The notes under the pieces were generated by a model. The model was not told the origin of the DNA, did no database searches, and saw nothing but the letters and a program-made list of their open reading frames with translations. Of a DNA stretch of 64,000 nt, positions 35,262 through 44,178 are shown piece by piece (positions within the stretch are counted from its first letter, which is position 1; the number at the start of each line of letters is the position of its first letter). Position numbers and translations under genes: made by a program. Source of the DNA: a virus (taxonomy: Duplodnaviria > Caudoviricetes); IMG/VR virus record IMGVR_UViG_645058824_000001, positions 1 through 64,000 of that record. One strand, given 5' to 3'.

Positions 35262-35821
35262 GTCCGCGTCCACCACCAGCACCCGAGCGTTCCGCCACGG
35301 AACGTCTCGACCTTCCCGCCGAGACTCGCCATGACGGCGTCCATGTCGTCCGCATCCCACTGGTGCAGGTGCGCTTCGTGCGGGTTGCCGTCCACCTCAC
35401 CCTGCGGGCTGTCGACGATCGGCACGGACACGAGGATGTGGTTGGCGCCGGGCGCGTCGTCCGGGCCCTCGACGATCCGCTCCAGCAGGGCGACCGCATC
35501 CTCGCGGGGCAGGTGCTCGAGGACGTCGCCTGCGACGACGAGGTCGCGGTGGAAGAGGTGGGCGGGAGCCTCACGCGCGTCCATCACGTGGATCTCGTCG
35601 TACATCTTGCGAGTCTTCGTGGAGTTGAGGCGGTACTTCTTGATGTACGGCCGGTGCACCTCGATGCCGGTCCACCACACGCCGGGCTCGTCGGGCTCGT
35701 GCGGCCGGAACAGCTTGGCGTAGGTGCCTTCGCCGGGACCGATGTCGCACACGGTCTTCGGCAGGTGGCGCTTAAAGCGTTCGAGGGACCAGTCCTTGCC
35801 CTCGGCGTCACTGGTCGGCAT
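35258..35821 (-). CDS. class I SAM-dependent methyltransferase (small-molecule/glycan type)
   Basis: Motif I DIGPGEG, GIEV, DLVVAGDVLEHL; no DNA-MTase NPPY/DPPY/PC motif. Confidence 0.85.
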   Translation of the reverse strand: MPTSDAEGKDWSLERFKRHLPKTVCDIGPGEGTYAKLFRPHEPDEPGVWWTGIEVHRPYIKKYRLNSTKTRKMYDEIHVMDAREAPAHLFHRDLVVAGDVLEHLPREDAVALLERIVEGPDDAPGANHILVSVPIVDSPQGEVDGNPHEAHLHQWDADDMDAVMASLGGKVETFRGGTLGCWWWTRT

Positions 35822-35831
35822 GGCGGTCTCC

Positions 35832-37379
35832 TCAGAAACGTCTGATCAGGCGAAGGCTGGTGGCATACAGGCCGGTCCCGTCGAGGGCGGACGACCCGCC
35901 GAGATCGCCGAACGTCGGCCCGTTCGGCGTCTTCCTGCTGTTGATGAAGCGTGGGTGGCCGGCCTGGTCGACGCCGAGGTAGATCCCGTTGTGGTCCAAC
36001 TGCCCGGCCACCGGGTCGGATGTGTCGGCGTCGAAGTGCGGCACGTCCCCGATCTGCATCGCCGCCATCGACGGCACACTCCCAGTGGCCTGGGCGACGA
36101 TGATTCCCGGACCGTTCGGCCCGATGTTCTTCGTCTGCCGGGGCAGGTTGAGGCCGTCGAAGTTCGCATCACGCACCATGGGAATGCCCATGTGGAAGCC
36201 GTAGATCATGCGGACGAAGCCGCTGCAGTCCAGGCTGCGGAGCTCGCTCGCCTTCGCCGCCTGCGTCTCCCCGTTCGGAAAGACCCAGTCGACGCCGATG
36301 TAGTCGTGAAAGTCGGCGCCCTCAATCCGGGTCCCGTCCACGTCGTCCGGCCCGTACAGCGACTCCCCCGCCACCTGCCGACCAGCCAGAGCCGGACTCG
36401 TCACAGCCGGGGCACCGGTGATGTACATCATCGCGTAAGCCAGCACGTCGGGACTGGAGTCGACCGCCCACCGGCGGATCTGATCCGCCAGCGCCGGAGT
36501 CCACGTGCCGTCGAACGGCTGAGCAAGGACCCGCACCCACGTGTTGTGCGTGATGACCGGCGGGTCCGGCCACGTACCGGAGTACAGCTGAATGTCGTGC
36601 ACCCGGAAGTTGAACGGGACAGAGGTGTTGCCGGTGGCGGCGATACCGCGGACGCCGATCCGGCCGGCGCCGAGGGTGGCGTCGACCACCTCGTGCACCC
36701 ATGTGGTCGGCTCCGCGGTGCCGTCCTTCCACGCACGGGTGCGGATCGTCGTCCCCGTGCGCTGGGCGCGGATGTGCCAGACGTCGCCGACCGCGTAGCC
36801 GGTGCCAAGCTGGACGGCCGCGCCGGGCGTGGTGGTGCCGCTGTCGGTCTGGCACTCCAGGACGAGCTGCACGGCGCCGCTGGTGAGAACGGACAGACGG
36901 GCCCGGTACTGGCTTGTCGAGGACGTGTATGCGAACGACAGGGCGAGGCTGACCGCGTTGCCGGTGGGCATCTTGTCCAGCGACCACGACAGGCGCGCGT
37001 CCAGGTCGGTGATGTTGTCCTGCACTGAGGTGTGCCGGGATGCGTTCACCGCCGTCATGTTGATGATGCCCGCGCTGCCCGACACCGAATAGTTGGCGTC
37101 GACGCCGTTGGAGTTGGACCAGGTGCCGCCCGCGGGCGAGACACCCCAGCCGTTGCTCGTGATTCGGTCGAAGCCGTCGACGAACGGCCGCTTCTGCTCC
37201 GTGAACGTCCGCTGCGGCCCCCGCATCGTGACGGTGCGCGCCCCGACCGTCAGCGTCGCCAGGACGCCCTGCGTGTCGGAGACTTGCAGCCGGTTCGGCC
37301 CGGTGAGGGCCTGGGTGGTGAGCGTGGCGGGCGGCGGCTGGTACAGCATCAGCCCGTCATCGACGGTGAGGACCGCCAT
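35832..37379 (-). CDS. lectin-like domain + C-terminal NlpC/P60 peptidase
   Basis: Beta-sandwich (FVDGFDR...WHIRAQRTGTTIRTRAWKDG.EP..W); LDCSGFV...GDVPHF...DHNGIYLG. Confidence 0.8.
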   Translation of the reverse strand: MAVLTVDDGLMLYQPPPATLTTQALTGPNRLQVSDTQGVLATLTVGARTVTMRGPQRTFTEQKRPFVDGFDRITSNGWGVSPAGGTWSNSNGVDANYSVSGSAGIINMTAVNASRHTSVQDNITDLDARLSWSLDKMPTGNAVSLALSFAYTSSTSQYRARLSVLTSGAVQLVLECQTDSGTTTPGAAVQLGTGYAVGDVWHIRAQRTGTTIRTRAWKDGTAEPTTWVHEVVDATLGAGRIGVRGIAATGNTSVPFNFRVHDIQLYSGTWPDPPVITHNTWVRVLAQPFDGTWTPALADQIRRWAVDSSPDVLAYAMMYITGAPAVTSPALAGRQVAGESLYGPDDVDGTRIEGADFHDYIGVDWVFPNGETQAAKASELRSLDCSGFVRMIYGFHMGIPMVRDANFDGLNLPRQTKNIGPNGPGIIVAQATGSVPSMAAMQIGDVPHFDADTSDPVAGQLDHNGIYLGVDQAGHPRFINSRKTPNGPTFGDLGGSSALDGTGLYATSLRLIRRF

Positions 37380-38179
37380 CACGCCCCCTGGAAGTCGACC
37401 TGGATCGTGACCGCTGTCGGCGCCCCGGTGACGGAGCGGATCGCGACGGTGAGGCTGTCTCCCGCGGCGAAGCTGGCGTTCTGCACGGACGGCCCCGACA
37501 GCCACGTCGACGCGGTGGAGAGGCTCAGGTTCGTGGCGAGGAGATCGGACGCGTTCCGTTGCGCGTTGATCGTCGCCCCGGTACCGCCAACCCGATACCC
37601 GCGCACCCCGACCACCGTGCAGGCTTTCGGAGCCCGCCACACGACGTAGGAGACCGCACCCGCCGGCGCGGTGATGACCAGGCTCTTGCTCAGCGTCGTC
37701 GCTGCGGCCGGCAGGGTCAGGCTCGGAGCCGTCACCCCACCATCGGCCGCGACCGCGAATGTACCGGGCCCGTTGATCGGCCCGGTGACCGTGCCGCCTG
37801 CCTTCGGGAAGAACTTCCCGTCCGCGTAGGCACGGTCTCCGTGCGGGTCCGTGGCCTGCGCGTGAGCGGTGACCTTCGCGGTGGCGTCGGCTTCAGCGGC
37901 GGCCCGATCACCGTGCGGGTCCGACGCGACGACGTGCGCCTGCAGCGCCTCCTCGGCATGTGCCCGATCCCCGTGCGGATCCTGCGCGGCGACATGCTCG
38001 TCGACCACGGCCTGGGCTGCGGCCTGGACTCCGTCGATCGTCGCCAGGCCGGACACGTCGCCGGTCTTCCCGTTCACGGAGGACACGAGGCCGGCGGACA
38101 CGTGCACCGTCCGGGCCTGCTGCCCTGTCGTCACCTCGATCTCGTCGGTGAGCGCCTCACCCGTGACTTGGAGCCTCAC
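37379..38179 (-). CDS. fibre-like protein with three HxxxxDPHGDRA repeats
   Basis: VSSVNGKTGDV motif, DPHGDRA x3, beta-rich C-terminal domain. Confidence 0.7.
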   Translation of the reverse strand: MRLQVTGEALTDEIEVTTGQQARTVHVSAGLVSSVNGKTGDVSGLATIDGVQAAAQAVVDEHVAAQDPHGDRAHAEEALQAHVVASDPHGDRAAAEADATAKVTAHAQATDPHGDRAYADGKFFPKAGGTVTGPINGPGTFAVAADGGVTAPSLTLPAAATTLSKSLVITAPAGAVSYVVWRAPKACTVVGVRGYRVGGTGATINAQRNASDLLATNLSLSTASTWLSGPSVQNASFAAGDSLTVAIRSVTGAPTAVTIQVDFQGA

Positions 38180-39291
38180 CGGGTCACCTCCAGCGAGACG
38201 ACCGCCCGCCCCTGCAGCAGCCGCACCACCGTACCGGCCTTGACGACCTCAAGATCCCACACGCCGTTCCGGGTGAGGGTCTCGGTGACGGACGCCGGGA
38301 TGGCGAGGCGGATCGTGTCCCCGATGACCGTCAGATAGTCACCCAGGTCGAGAAGGAGATCGCCGTGCTCGGAGGCGGGCGCGGACCGGATCTGCGCCCG
38401 CACCGACCAGCCGTCCCACGTGAAACCCGACACGTCAGCGACACGATAGTTCTGCACGAACGTGGCGCCCTGCTCCAAGTGCAGATCGAGATGCCCTGCG
38501 GCCAACCCTGCCACCTCCGGAATCTCCGAGCTTGCCGCGTCCGCAGCGAGTGCTGCTTGCCCGGCGAGGGAGGCCGCGGCGTGCGCGGCCAGGGTGGGCG
38601 AGGCAACCAGGACGGTGTCCGCGGTGAGTGCGGCGGTAGCGTGCGCGGCCACCACAGCGGACACCGTCATCGCGGTCTCCGCAGTCAGGGCGGCATTCGC
38701 GTCGTGCACGGCCCCATCGGCGAGCGTGTTCACGTTGTCGTAGGCCGCGTAGTCCTCGACCCCGGCATCCCGGTACGCCCACAGGTCGAGGGCCGTGTCG
38801 TCGATGCTCGCCGCGATCCATGCCGGGGAGGCGAGCGTGCGCCGGTTCGTCCACGTGGTGCCGTCGGGGCTGGTGTCCCAGTAGACGTTGGTCCCGTCTT
38901 CCCGCAACCGCAGCCACAGGTGAGCGACCGGGTCGTAGGGGATCTCGACCGCGGCAGGGTCCCAGTAGTCGACGTTCGACATCATGCGCAGCATGCCGGT
39001 GACCGCGTTGTACTCGAAACCGAGGTTCGTGCCCGGCGTCGCACAGATGATCAGGAAATCGCAGGTGACGTTCGTACCGGTCGACGCGGCGGGGACTTTG
39101 GCCAACTTCAGGTAGACGGTGGCACCGGCGAACGTCCACGCCCGGCCCGTCTGATAGCCCGCGTACAGGCCCACCTTGCAAGGGACGCGGGCTTCGCCGC
39201 CTGCCTCGTGGGCGCCCTCGTAGCTGTTACCCCACTCGGGGCCTATCTCCGAGTCGTTGAAGTTATCGACCAGATCCGAGAGGGAGGGCAT
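38176..39291 (-). CDS. lectin-like N-domain + Ala-rich linker + BppU-like C-domain structural protein
   Basis: LVDNFND, HLWLRLREDG.NVYWDTSPDG.TW; LHLEQGATF...VWDLEV. Confidence 0.65.
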   Translation of the reverse strand: MPSLSDLVDNFNDSEIGPEWGNSYEGAHEAGGEARVPCKVGLYAGYQTGRAWTFAGATVYLKLAKVPAASTGTNVTCDFLIICATPGTNLGFEYNAVTGMLRMMSNVDYWDPAAVEIPYDPVAHLWLRLREDGTNVYWDTSPDGTTWTNRRTLASPAWIAASIDDTALDLWAYRDAGVEDYAAYDNVNTLADGAVHDANAALTAETAMTVSAVVAAHATAALTADTVLVASPTLAAHAAASLAGQAALAADAASSEIPEVAGLAAGHLDLHLEQGATFVQNYRVADVSGFTWDGWSVRAQIRSAPASEHGDLLLDLGDYLTVIGDTIRLAIPASVTETLTRNGVWDLEVVKAGTVVRLLQGRAVVSLEVTR

Positions 39292-39814
39292 TTTGCATCC
39301 CCCTCTTCGCCGCTTGGTGCGCCTTCTGCCTTGCGTTCCTGCACTTGCGACAGAACCGGCTCCCCTTGTAGACGATCGTGTTCGCCTCGTCGTATGGGTG
39401 TCCGTGAGGGCAGTGAGTCTTGCCAGCGTTTACCTTCGGCTTATCGCCGCGCCTGATGTTGACCTGGCGCGTTACGGGGTCAAGGTGCCAGGGATTGACG
39501 CAGTGCCGCACCCGACAAAGATGATCTAGGTCCAGCCCTTCAGGTATGGCACCGATAAAGAACTCGTACATCACACGGTGGGCTGGCCGACTGCGCCCAT
39601 CCCAACGGATCATCCCGTAGCCGGTTCCAGCTTTGGCGCCGATCCAGGGCCAGCACCCGCTAGCGTCTTCGCTGACGAACTTGAACAGTCGATCCTCGGG
39701 CGTGATCGGCTTGAGTGTGCCGTTCTTCCGCAGTCGCGAGTAACACGCTTCGCAGTAACCGCGGTGCTTGGCTGGCTTGTTGCAGCCGTCAAAGGCGCAT
39801 GCAACACTCGTCAT
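39263..39814 (-). CDS. HNH homing endonuclease
   Basis: CWPWIG...GYG...AHRVMYE...LDHLCRVRHCVNPWHL; KTHCPHGHPY; lower GC. Confidence 0.9.
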   Translation of the reverse strand: MTSVACAFDGCNKPAKHRGYCEACYSRLRKNGTLKPITPEDRLFKFVSEDASGCWPWIGAKAGTGYGMIRWDGRSRPAHRVMYEFFIGAIPEGLDLDHLCRVRHCVNPWHLDPVTRQVNIRRGDKPKVNAGKTHCPHGHPYDEANTIVYKGSRFCRKCRNARQKAHQAAKRGMQNALPLGSGR

Positions 39815-39870
39815 ATCGGCGCTCCCAATCAGCGTCGGTCACCCCCGGGACGGTTGCCGCCGTCGCCGGG
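39815..39870 (-). ncRNA. putative structured 5' leader (two hairpins), copy 2
   Basis: Shares conserved blocks with 33070-33128; TAGAAT -10 just upstream. Confidence 0.45.
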
Positions 39871-39938
39871 TTTACTTCACTCAATTCTACGAGTAACTGC
39901 CGCCCGATTCCGAGAAATTGTGGAGTCAGTTAAGTCAC

Positions 39939-40325
39939 CTAAGACAGTGACTGAGAGAGCGCCCCGGCGGAAAGCCTGAAATCGTCGCCGGCTGCGACGG
40001 TGCGGGATGCGGTGAGCGGTTCGTGCCAGAGCCGGACCGGAGTTGCAGCGCTATCCCAGATCTCGATGCCTACGACTGTGACGGCGGGCATCCCGGTCCA
40101 GACGAGGTCCGCCGAGTTACTGGTGGCACCCGCGACTGCTGCGGCAACTACCAAGGTCTGGCGGGCATAGGAGCCGCCGACCACTTCGGTGCCGTTGGTG
40201 GCGTCGTCGCCGTTGATCGTCATGAGAGCGACCTTGAGCGGAGGAGTGGGGCGCGCCGGTGTTCCGACTCCGTTGATCCAGTCGAGCATCAGGTTCTCGG
40301 CTGTGTTGGTCAGGGACCCGGGCAT
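39939..40325 (-). CDS. small virion fibre-associated protein
   Basis: LTNTAENLMLDW...LKVALMT...EVVGGSYARQ...GIEIWD, a pattern seen in phage fibre modules. Confidence 0.6.
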   Translation of the reverse strand: MPGSLTNTAENLMLDWINGVGTPARPTPPLKVALMTINGDDATNGTEVVGGSYARQTLVVAAAVAGATSNSADLVWTGMPAVTVVGIEIWDSAATPVRLWHEPLTASRTVAAGDDFRLSAGALSQSLS

Positions 40326-40533
40326 GCGGCCCTCCTTCATGCTGAGGCGCCGCGGGGCGCGGGTTGGGTGTCCCGCCGCCCGGGACGGGTTGGGCGGCGG
40401 GACTGGGGGCGGCGACCGGTCCGCCCCGCACGGGGGTTGTTGTCCGCCCGGCCCCCACTAGACCGGGCGGACAAGGGGGCCGAGCGCGTGGCGCTACGAG
40501 GCCCGGCCTGCGCCGACCACCAGACGCAGGAGC

Positions 40534-40779
40534 TCAGGCGGCCCGGGGGGACCGCTGGGGCATCGGCCGGTACGACTCTGCGCGCGCCTGCACCTCGGGC
40601 AGTGCGTACATCGTCTTGTACTCGTGCCCTTGACCGGAGTATTCGCCGGGCCGGCCCTTGAAGCGGCGGATCTTCCCGCGGCGGGCCCATTGCCGTATGA
40701 CAGAGCCGGGTACTCCGGTGGCGGCGACGGCTTCGTGCTCGAAGACGAGGTCTTCCGGGTACAGCTCGGTGACGTGCAC
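40534..40779 (-). CDS. MerR/excisionase-like HTH DNA-binding protein
   Basis: HEAVAATGVPGSVIRQWARRGKI...MYALPEV. Confidence 0.7.
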   Translation of the reverse strand: MHVTELYPEDLVFEHEAVAATGVPGSVIRQWARRGKIRRFKGRPGEYSGQGHEYKTMYALPEVQARAESYRPMPQRSPRAA

Positions 40780-40912
40780 CGCTCACCCCCAGGCATGCAG
40801 AAAGCCCCCGGCGGAAGCTGGGGGCTTAAGGAGTCTGCGGACACACTTGTGTTCCGGTGATGGCACTGTGACATACAACCGATCGGTAACGCAAGTGATC
40901 GTTGAGTGTTCG

Positions 40913-41563
40913 TTAGGCGGCGGCTCGGTCCGCAAGGGGCAGGTCGAGGACTTCGCTGCGTGCGTATTGGGTGGCGCAGCCGCGGCAGCGGACGCCGGGC
41001 GTGGACACGGTAATGCGGAGAACGGTCCCGCACGGGCAGGCGACGGCGATGGGCCGCTCGGGACGCTCGCCGGTGATCTGCCGCTCGCACTGCCGGGTCA
41101 CGGACGTGATCTCGTGAAGGAAGTCGGCGAACGCGGGGTGTTCGGTGGCGGCCCATTCGAGGTTGATACGGAGGGCTTTGACGGCCTGGTCGCACTGCTG
41201 CTGTAGGTCGCCTTCCCACCTCGGGTGCCGCCAGCCGAGTTGTTCGTGCCAGTCGACGAGCCAGGTTTGCAGGATGGTGACGACGCCTCCGCGGGCCATG
41301 AGGGAGAGAGGTTCGAGACGGACGGGGAGGGGCGCGGTGCGGGACATGGTGACGACAGGGGCGTCGCTTCCCCGCCCGGGGGCGAGGCGGGTGGCGAGTT
41401 GGGCGTAGAGACCGCCGGGGCCGGGGAGTTGCCGCAGGGCGTGGTCGGCGCGGTCTTGGCAGAGCCGGCAGGCGACGCGCCCGAGTTCGTCGTGGCGGAG
41501 TTGTCTGCCGCAGAGGCAGGCGGGCCACTGGTAGCCGTCGTCGGGGGCGGGGTGGTCGTGCAT
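40913..41563 (-). CDS. Cys-rich protein, candidate late-transcription regulator
   Basis: Terminal CxC...CxxC zinc motifs; last middle gene before a -35/-10 (TTGCGT-18-CACAGT, 40865-40894). Confidence 0.5.
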   Translation of the reverse strand: MHDHPAPDDGYQWPACLCGRQLRHDELGRVACRLCQDRADHALRQLPGPGGLYAQLATRLAPGRGSDAPVVTMSRTAPLPVRLEPLSLMARGGVVTILQTWLVDWHEQLGWRHPRWEGDLQQQCDQAVKALRINLEWAATEHPAFADFLHEITSVTRQCERQITGERPERPIAVACPCGTVLRITVSTPGVRCRGCATQYARSEVLDLPLADRAAA

Positions 41564-41706
41564 CGTGCGGCTCCTCGTGTGGTGCGGGAAGCGGGTGACG
41601 CTCAGGCCAATGCTGCACTAGCGGGTTGACAACGCCGGGCCAATGAACCCCCAGACACGCCTGCAGGCCCGTCACCGGATCGGCGCGGGCCCACAGGGCG
41701 GGATGG

Positions 41707-41991
41707 TCATCGGCGGTCTGCGGTCGCCCATCGCGTCCAGTCGGCGAGCCCGCGGGCGGCGGCTTTCTCTCGGGTGTCCTCGCGCCGGCTGCCGCCGGAC
41801 GGGCCGAGAGCAGCGAGCCACCACGTCCACCCGTTCCGGCCCGTGGCGCTGGTGCCGCCGTAGGACGGGGCGACCACCACCAGCACCTCCCCGCTGTCGG
41901 TGACGACGTGCCAGCGGTGTGACTCGCGCCAGTCCGGGGCCTTCACCAGCACTGCGGCGTCGATGATGGCGCGGGCGCGACGGGCCGACAT
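41707..41991 (-). CDS. hypothetical protein
   Basis: Trp-rich ORF, GC3 bias. Confidence 0.6.
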   Translation of the reverse strand: MSARRARAIIDAAVLVKAPDWRESHRWHVVTDSGEVLVVVAPSYGGTSATGRNGWTWWLAALGPSGGSRREDTREKAAARGLADWTRWATADRR

Positions 41992-42002
41992 CGGGCGGGC
42001 GG

Positions 42003-42302
42003 TCACGGTGCCAGTCCTGCGAGCCGCTGGAGCATGGCCGTCTGGTCGCCGTGGCTGGTGACGAAGGCTCCGGTGGGCCCGTAGGCGGTGGTGCGTGTCG
42101 GCATGTGCCGCTGGCTGTGCCCGTCGGACGGGATCAGGAGAGATCCCCGGAATGCGGCGTCGTCCGGCTGGCTGCCCTTGTACAGACAGAGTCGCAGAAC
42201 ACCGAGGGAGTCGACACCGAGAACGAGCACGTGCCCGACCGGTGTGGTGGAGTCCATCCCGGACCAGCGGATGTCCAGGCCGGCAAGTTTGATGGCGGTC
42301 AC
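42003..42302 (-). CDS. hypothetical protein
   Basis: AGGAG RBS. Confidence 0.6.
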   Translation of the reverse strand: MTAIKLAGLDIRWSGMDSTTPVGHVLVLGVDSLGVLRLCLYKGSQPDDAAFRGSLLIPSDGHSQRHMPTRTTAYGPTGAFVTSHGDQTAMLQRLAGLAP

Positions 42303-42393
42303 AGGGTGCTCCTAGCGGGTGTTGAGGCCGGGCAGGTCTGCCCAGCGGGGGGGTGGCCGCCCTCGACGGGAGGGCGGCCACCAGACAGCGGGG

Positions 42394-42885
42394 TCAGTCC
42401 TCCCAGCCGCGGGCGACATCCAGGGCGCGACGGATCGCGGAGGCGAGCGGCATCCGCTCCGAGTCCGGCAGCGTGATCGCCGCCCACTCGACGTCACCGT
42501 CGCCCGACGCGTCCCTCAGGACCACGACGGTGAACCCGCCACTGCCGTACTTGTCCGGGCCCATCGCGAGCCCGGACAAGCTCTCCAGCCACCACCCGAC
42601 CCGGGGCATCTCGGTCCCGTCGGGCCAGTGCGGCTGGTGCTCCCACGACCCGGTGATCGGACCGGCTTCGAGCTTCTCGATCAGGGCGGGCAGGTCGGTG
42701 GTGGTGATCGCGGTCTCGACGGAGCGCGTCTTGCCTTGGGTGATGCGGAGGTACACCTCGGCGCGTCCCTTGTCCTCGCGGAGGCCGGCGGGGATGACGG
42801 TGAGCGTCACGTCGTCGACGGTGTGCTCCCACGGCTGTGGGGTGATCTCGGCGACGAGGCGGCCGAGCGCGTCACGGAAGTCCAT
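42394..42885 (-). CDS. hypothetical protein
   Basis: AGGAG RBS; strong GC3 bias. Confidence 0.7.
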   Translation of the reverse strand: MDFRDALGRLVAEITPQPWEHTVDDVTLTVIPAGLREDKGRAEVYLRITQGKTRSVETAITTTDLPALIEKLEAGPITGSWEHQPHWPDGTEMPRVGWWLESLSGLAMGPDKYGSGGFTVVVLRDASGDGDVEWAAITLPDSERMPLASAIRRALDVARGWED

Positions 42886-42902
42886 CGGGTTCTCCTAGCG
42901 GT

Positions 42903-43316
42903 TCAGGCGAGTTCGCGGGGCACGATGAGCAGCAGACTGTCGGGCCGGTAGGTGGTGCAGCCGTCGACGGTCCACCAGCCGGAGTCGGCGCCGATCTGCC
43001 GGAGGCGCCCGTTGTGGGCGCACAGGTAGCAGTGGCGGGGGTCGAACGGGCGGGCGTCCACGGTCTGCGGCCGGCTGGCGTGGGAGAAGTACGACACCCA
43101 CTGCGCCCGGTCCAGCGGGTTGAGGAGGTGGTCGTAGTGGGGCTGGATGGTGCCGATCACCGTGTCCCCGGCCCGCACTTCGGCGACCGGGGTGACGCGG
43201 ACGTGGAGCGGGTCGAAGGCGTCGACGGGCGGGATGATCGTGCGCCAGCCAGGAGACATGTCCTCACTGGGCGCGCGGACGATCACGCGGTGGAAGTCGA
43301 CGGAGACGGCAGCCAT
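42903..43316 (-). CDS. hypothetical protein
   Basis: AGGAG RBS; CYLC. Confidence 0.65.
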   Translation of the reverse strand: MAAVSVDFHRVIVRAPSEDMSPGWRTIIPPVDAFDPLHVRVTPVAEVRAGDTVIGTIQPHYDHLLNPLDRAQWVSYFSHASRPQTVDARPFDPRHCYLCAHNGRLRQIGADSGWWTVDGCTTYRPDSLLLIVPRELA

Positions 43317-43347
43317 GTCAGGGCTCCTGGGGGGCGAGGGGGTGGGG

Positions 43348-43533
43348 TCAGCTGTTTCGGAGTCGGGTGGCGGCGATGCTGTACGCGTCGGCGAGGATGC
43401 TGCGGGCAGCCGGGCCGCCGATCTGGGCGGTGAGGCCGTCGAGGAGGCCAGCGTGTCCGCCGGTCAGGATGCGGTCGGCGAGAGCATCCAGGGACGCCGG
43501 AAGCAGGGCGGCGGGGCGGCTGGTGCGAAGCAT
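43348..43533 (-). CDS. hypothetical protein
   Basis: GGGGA RBS. Confidence 0.5.
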   Translation of the reverse strand: MLRTSRPAALLPASLDALADRILTGGHAGLLDGLTAQIGGPAARSILADAYSIAATRLRNS

Positions 43534-43606
43534 TCGGGGTCCCCCTGGGTGCGGATGTGCGGTGGATCGGCGGGCCCGGCCGCGTCTGGCCGGGCCCTTG
43601 GGTGGG

Positions 43607-43828
43607 TCAGTCGGCGAGTCGAGCGGCCAGCGCACGCAGGTCGCCCATGGTGAGGCCGGTGCGGACGCCGTCGTCGTAGATGCCGTTCGTGGCCTCGACC
43701 ATCAGGCGGTTGTCCGGCTCGTCGGCGTACACCTTCAGCACGTGGGCCAGTGCCTCCTCTGCGGTGGCGGGGGCGTCGCCGTACTGCTCCATCGCCTCGC
43801 GGCGGATGCGGTCCATGGCTCGGGACAT
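43607..43828 (-). CDS. hypothetical protein
   Basis: GAGGAGG RBS; divergent from the RHH gene. Confidence 0.7.
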   Translation of the reverse strand: MSRAMDRIRREAMEQYGDAPATAEEALAHVLKVYADEPDNRLMVEATNGIYDDGVRTGLTMGDLRALAARLAD

Positions 43829-43844
43829 TGGGGCCTCCTCGGTT

Positions 43845-43923
43845 CGTGTATATGCACCGTACCCTCTGGTGCATATACACGGCAAGCTCTACGATGGAAC
43901 TCATGCATATACATCCCTACGAT
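43845..43923. promoter_or_regulatory. divergent promoter/operator region
   Basis: 14-bp perfect IR CGTGTATATGCACC-N9-GGTGCATATACACG plus a third TGCATATACA; TACGAT-N6-ATG. Confidence 0.7.
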
Positions 43924-43929
43924 GAGCCC

Positions 43930-44178
43930 ATGGCCAAGCAGAACACTGAGCGGCACACCCCACTCCGGCCGCTACGGATCCCCGACGACGAGTGGGAAGC
44001 CCTCGGGAAAGCAGTCGGCGAACGCAACCGCACCCGCCTCCTGCGCGAGTACATCCGCTGGCACCTCCGCTGGCCCGGCAACACCCAGCCCACCCGTGCA
44101 CCCGAACAGATCGGCGGCCCCGGTATCAGCAAAAAGACGACAGAGCAGGCCAACGATCAGGAGGAGCAGGATGGATGA
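43930..44178 (+). CDS. ribbon-helix-helix regulator (leaderless)
   Basis: PLRPLRIPDDEWEALGKAVGERNRTRLLREYIRWHL. Confidence 0.72.
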   Translation: MAKQNTERHTPLRPLRIPDDEWEALGKAVGERNRTRLLREYIRWHLRWPGNTQPTRAPEQIGGPGISKKTTEQANDQEEQDG

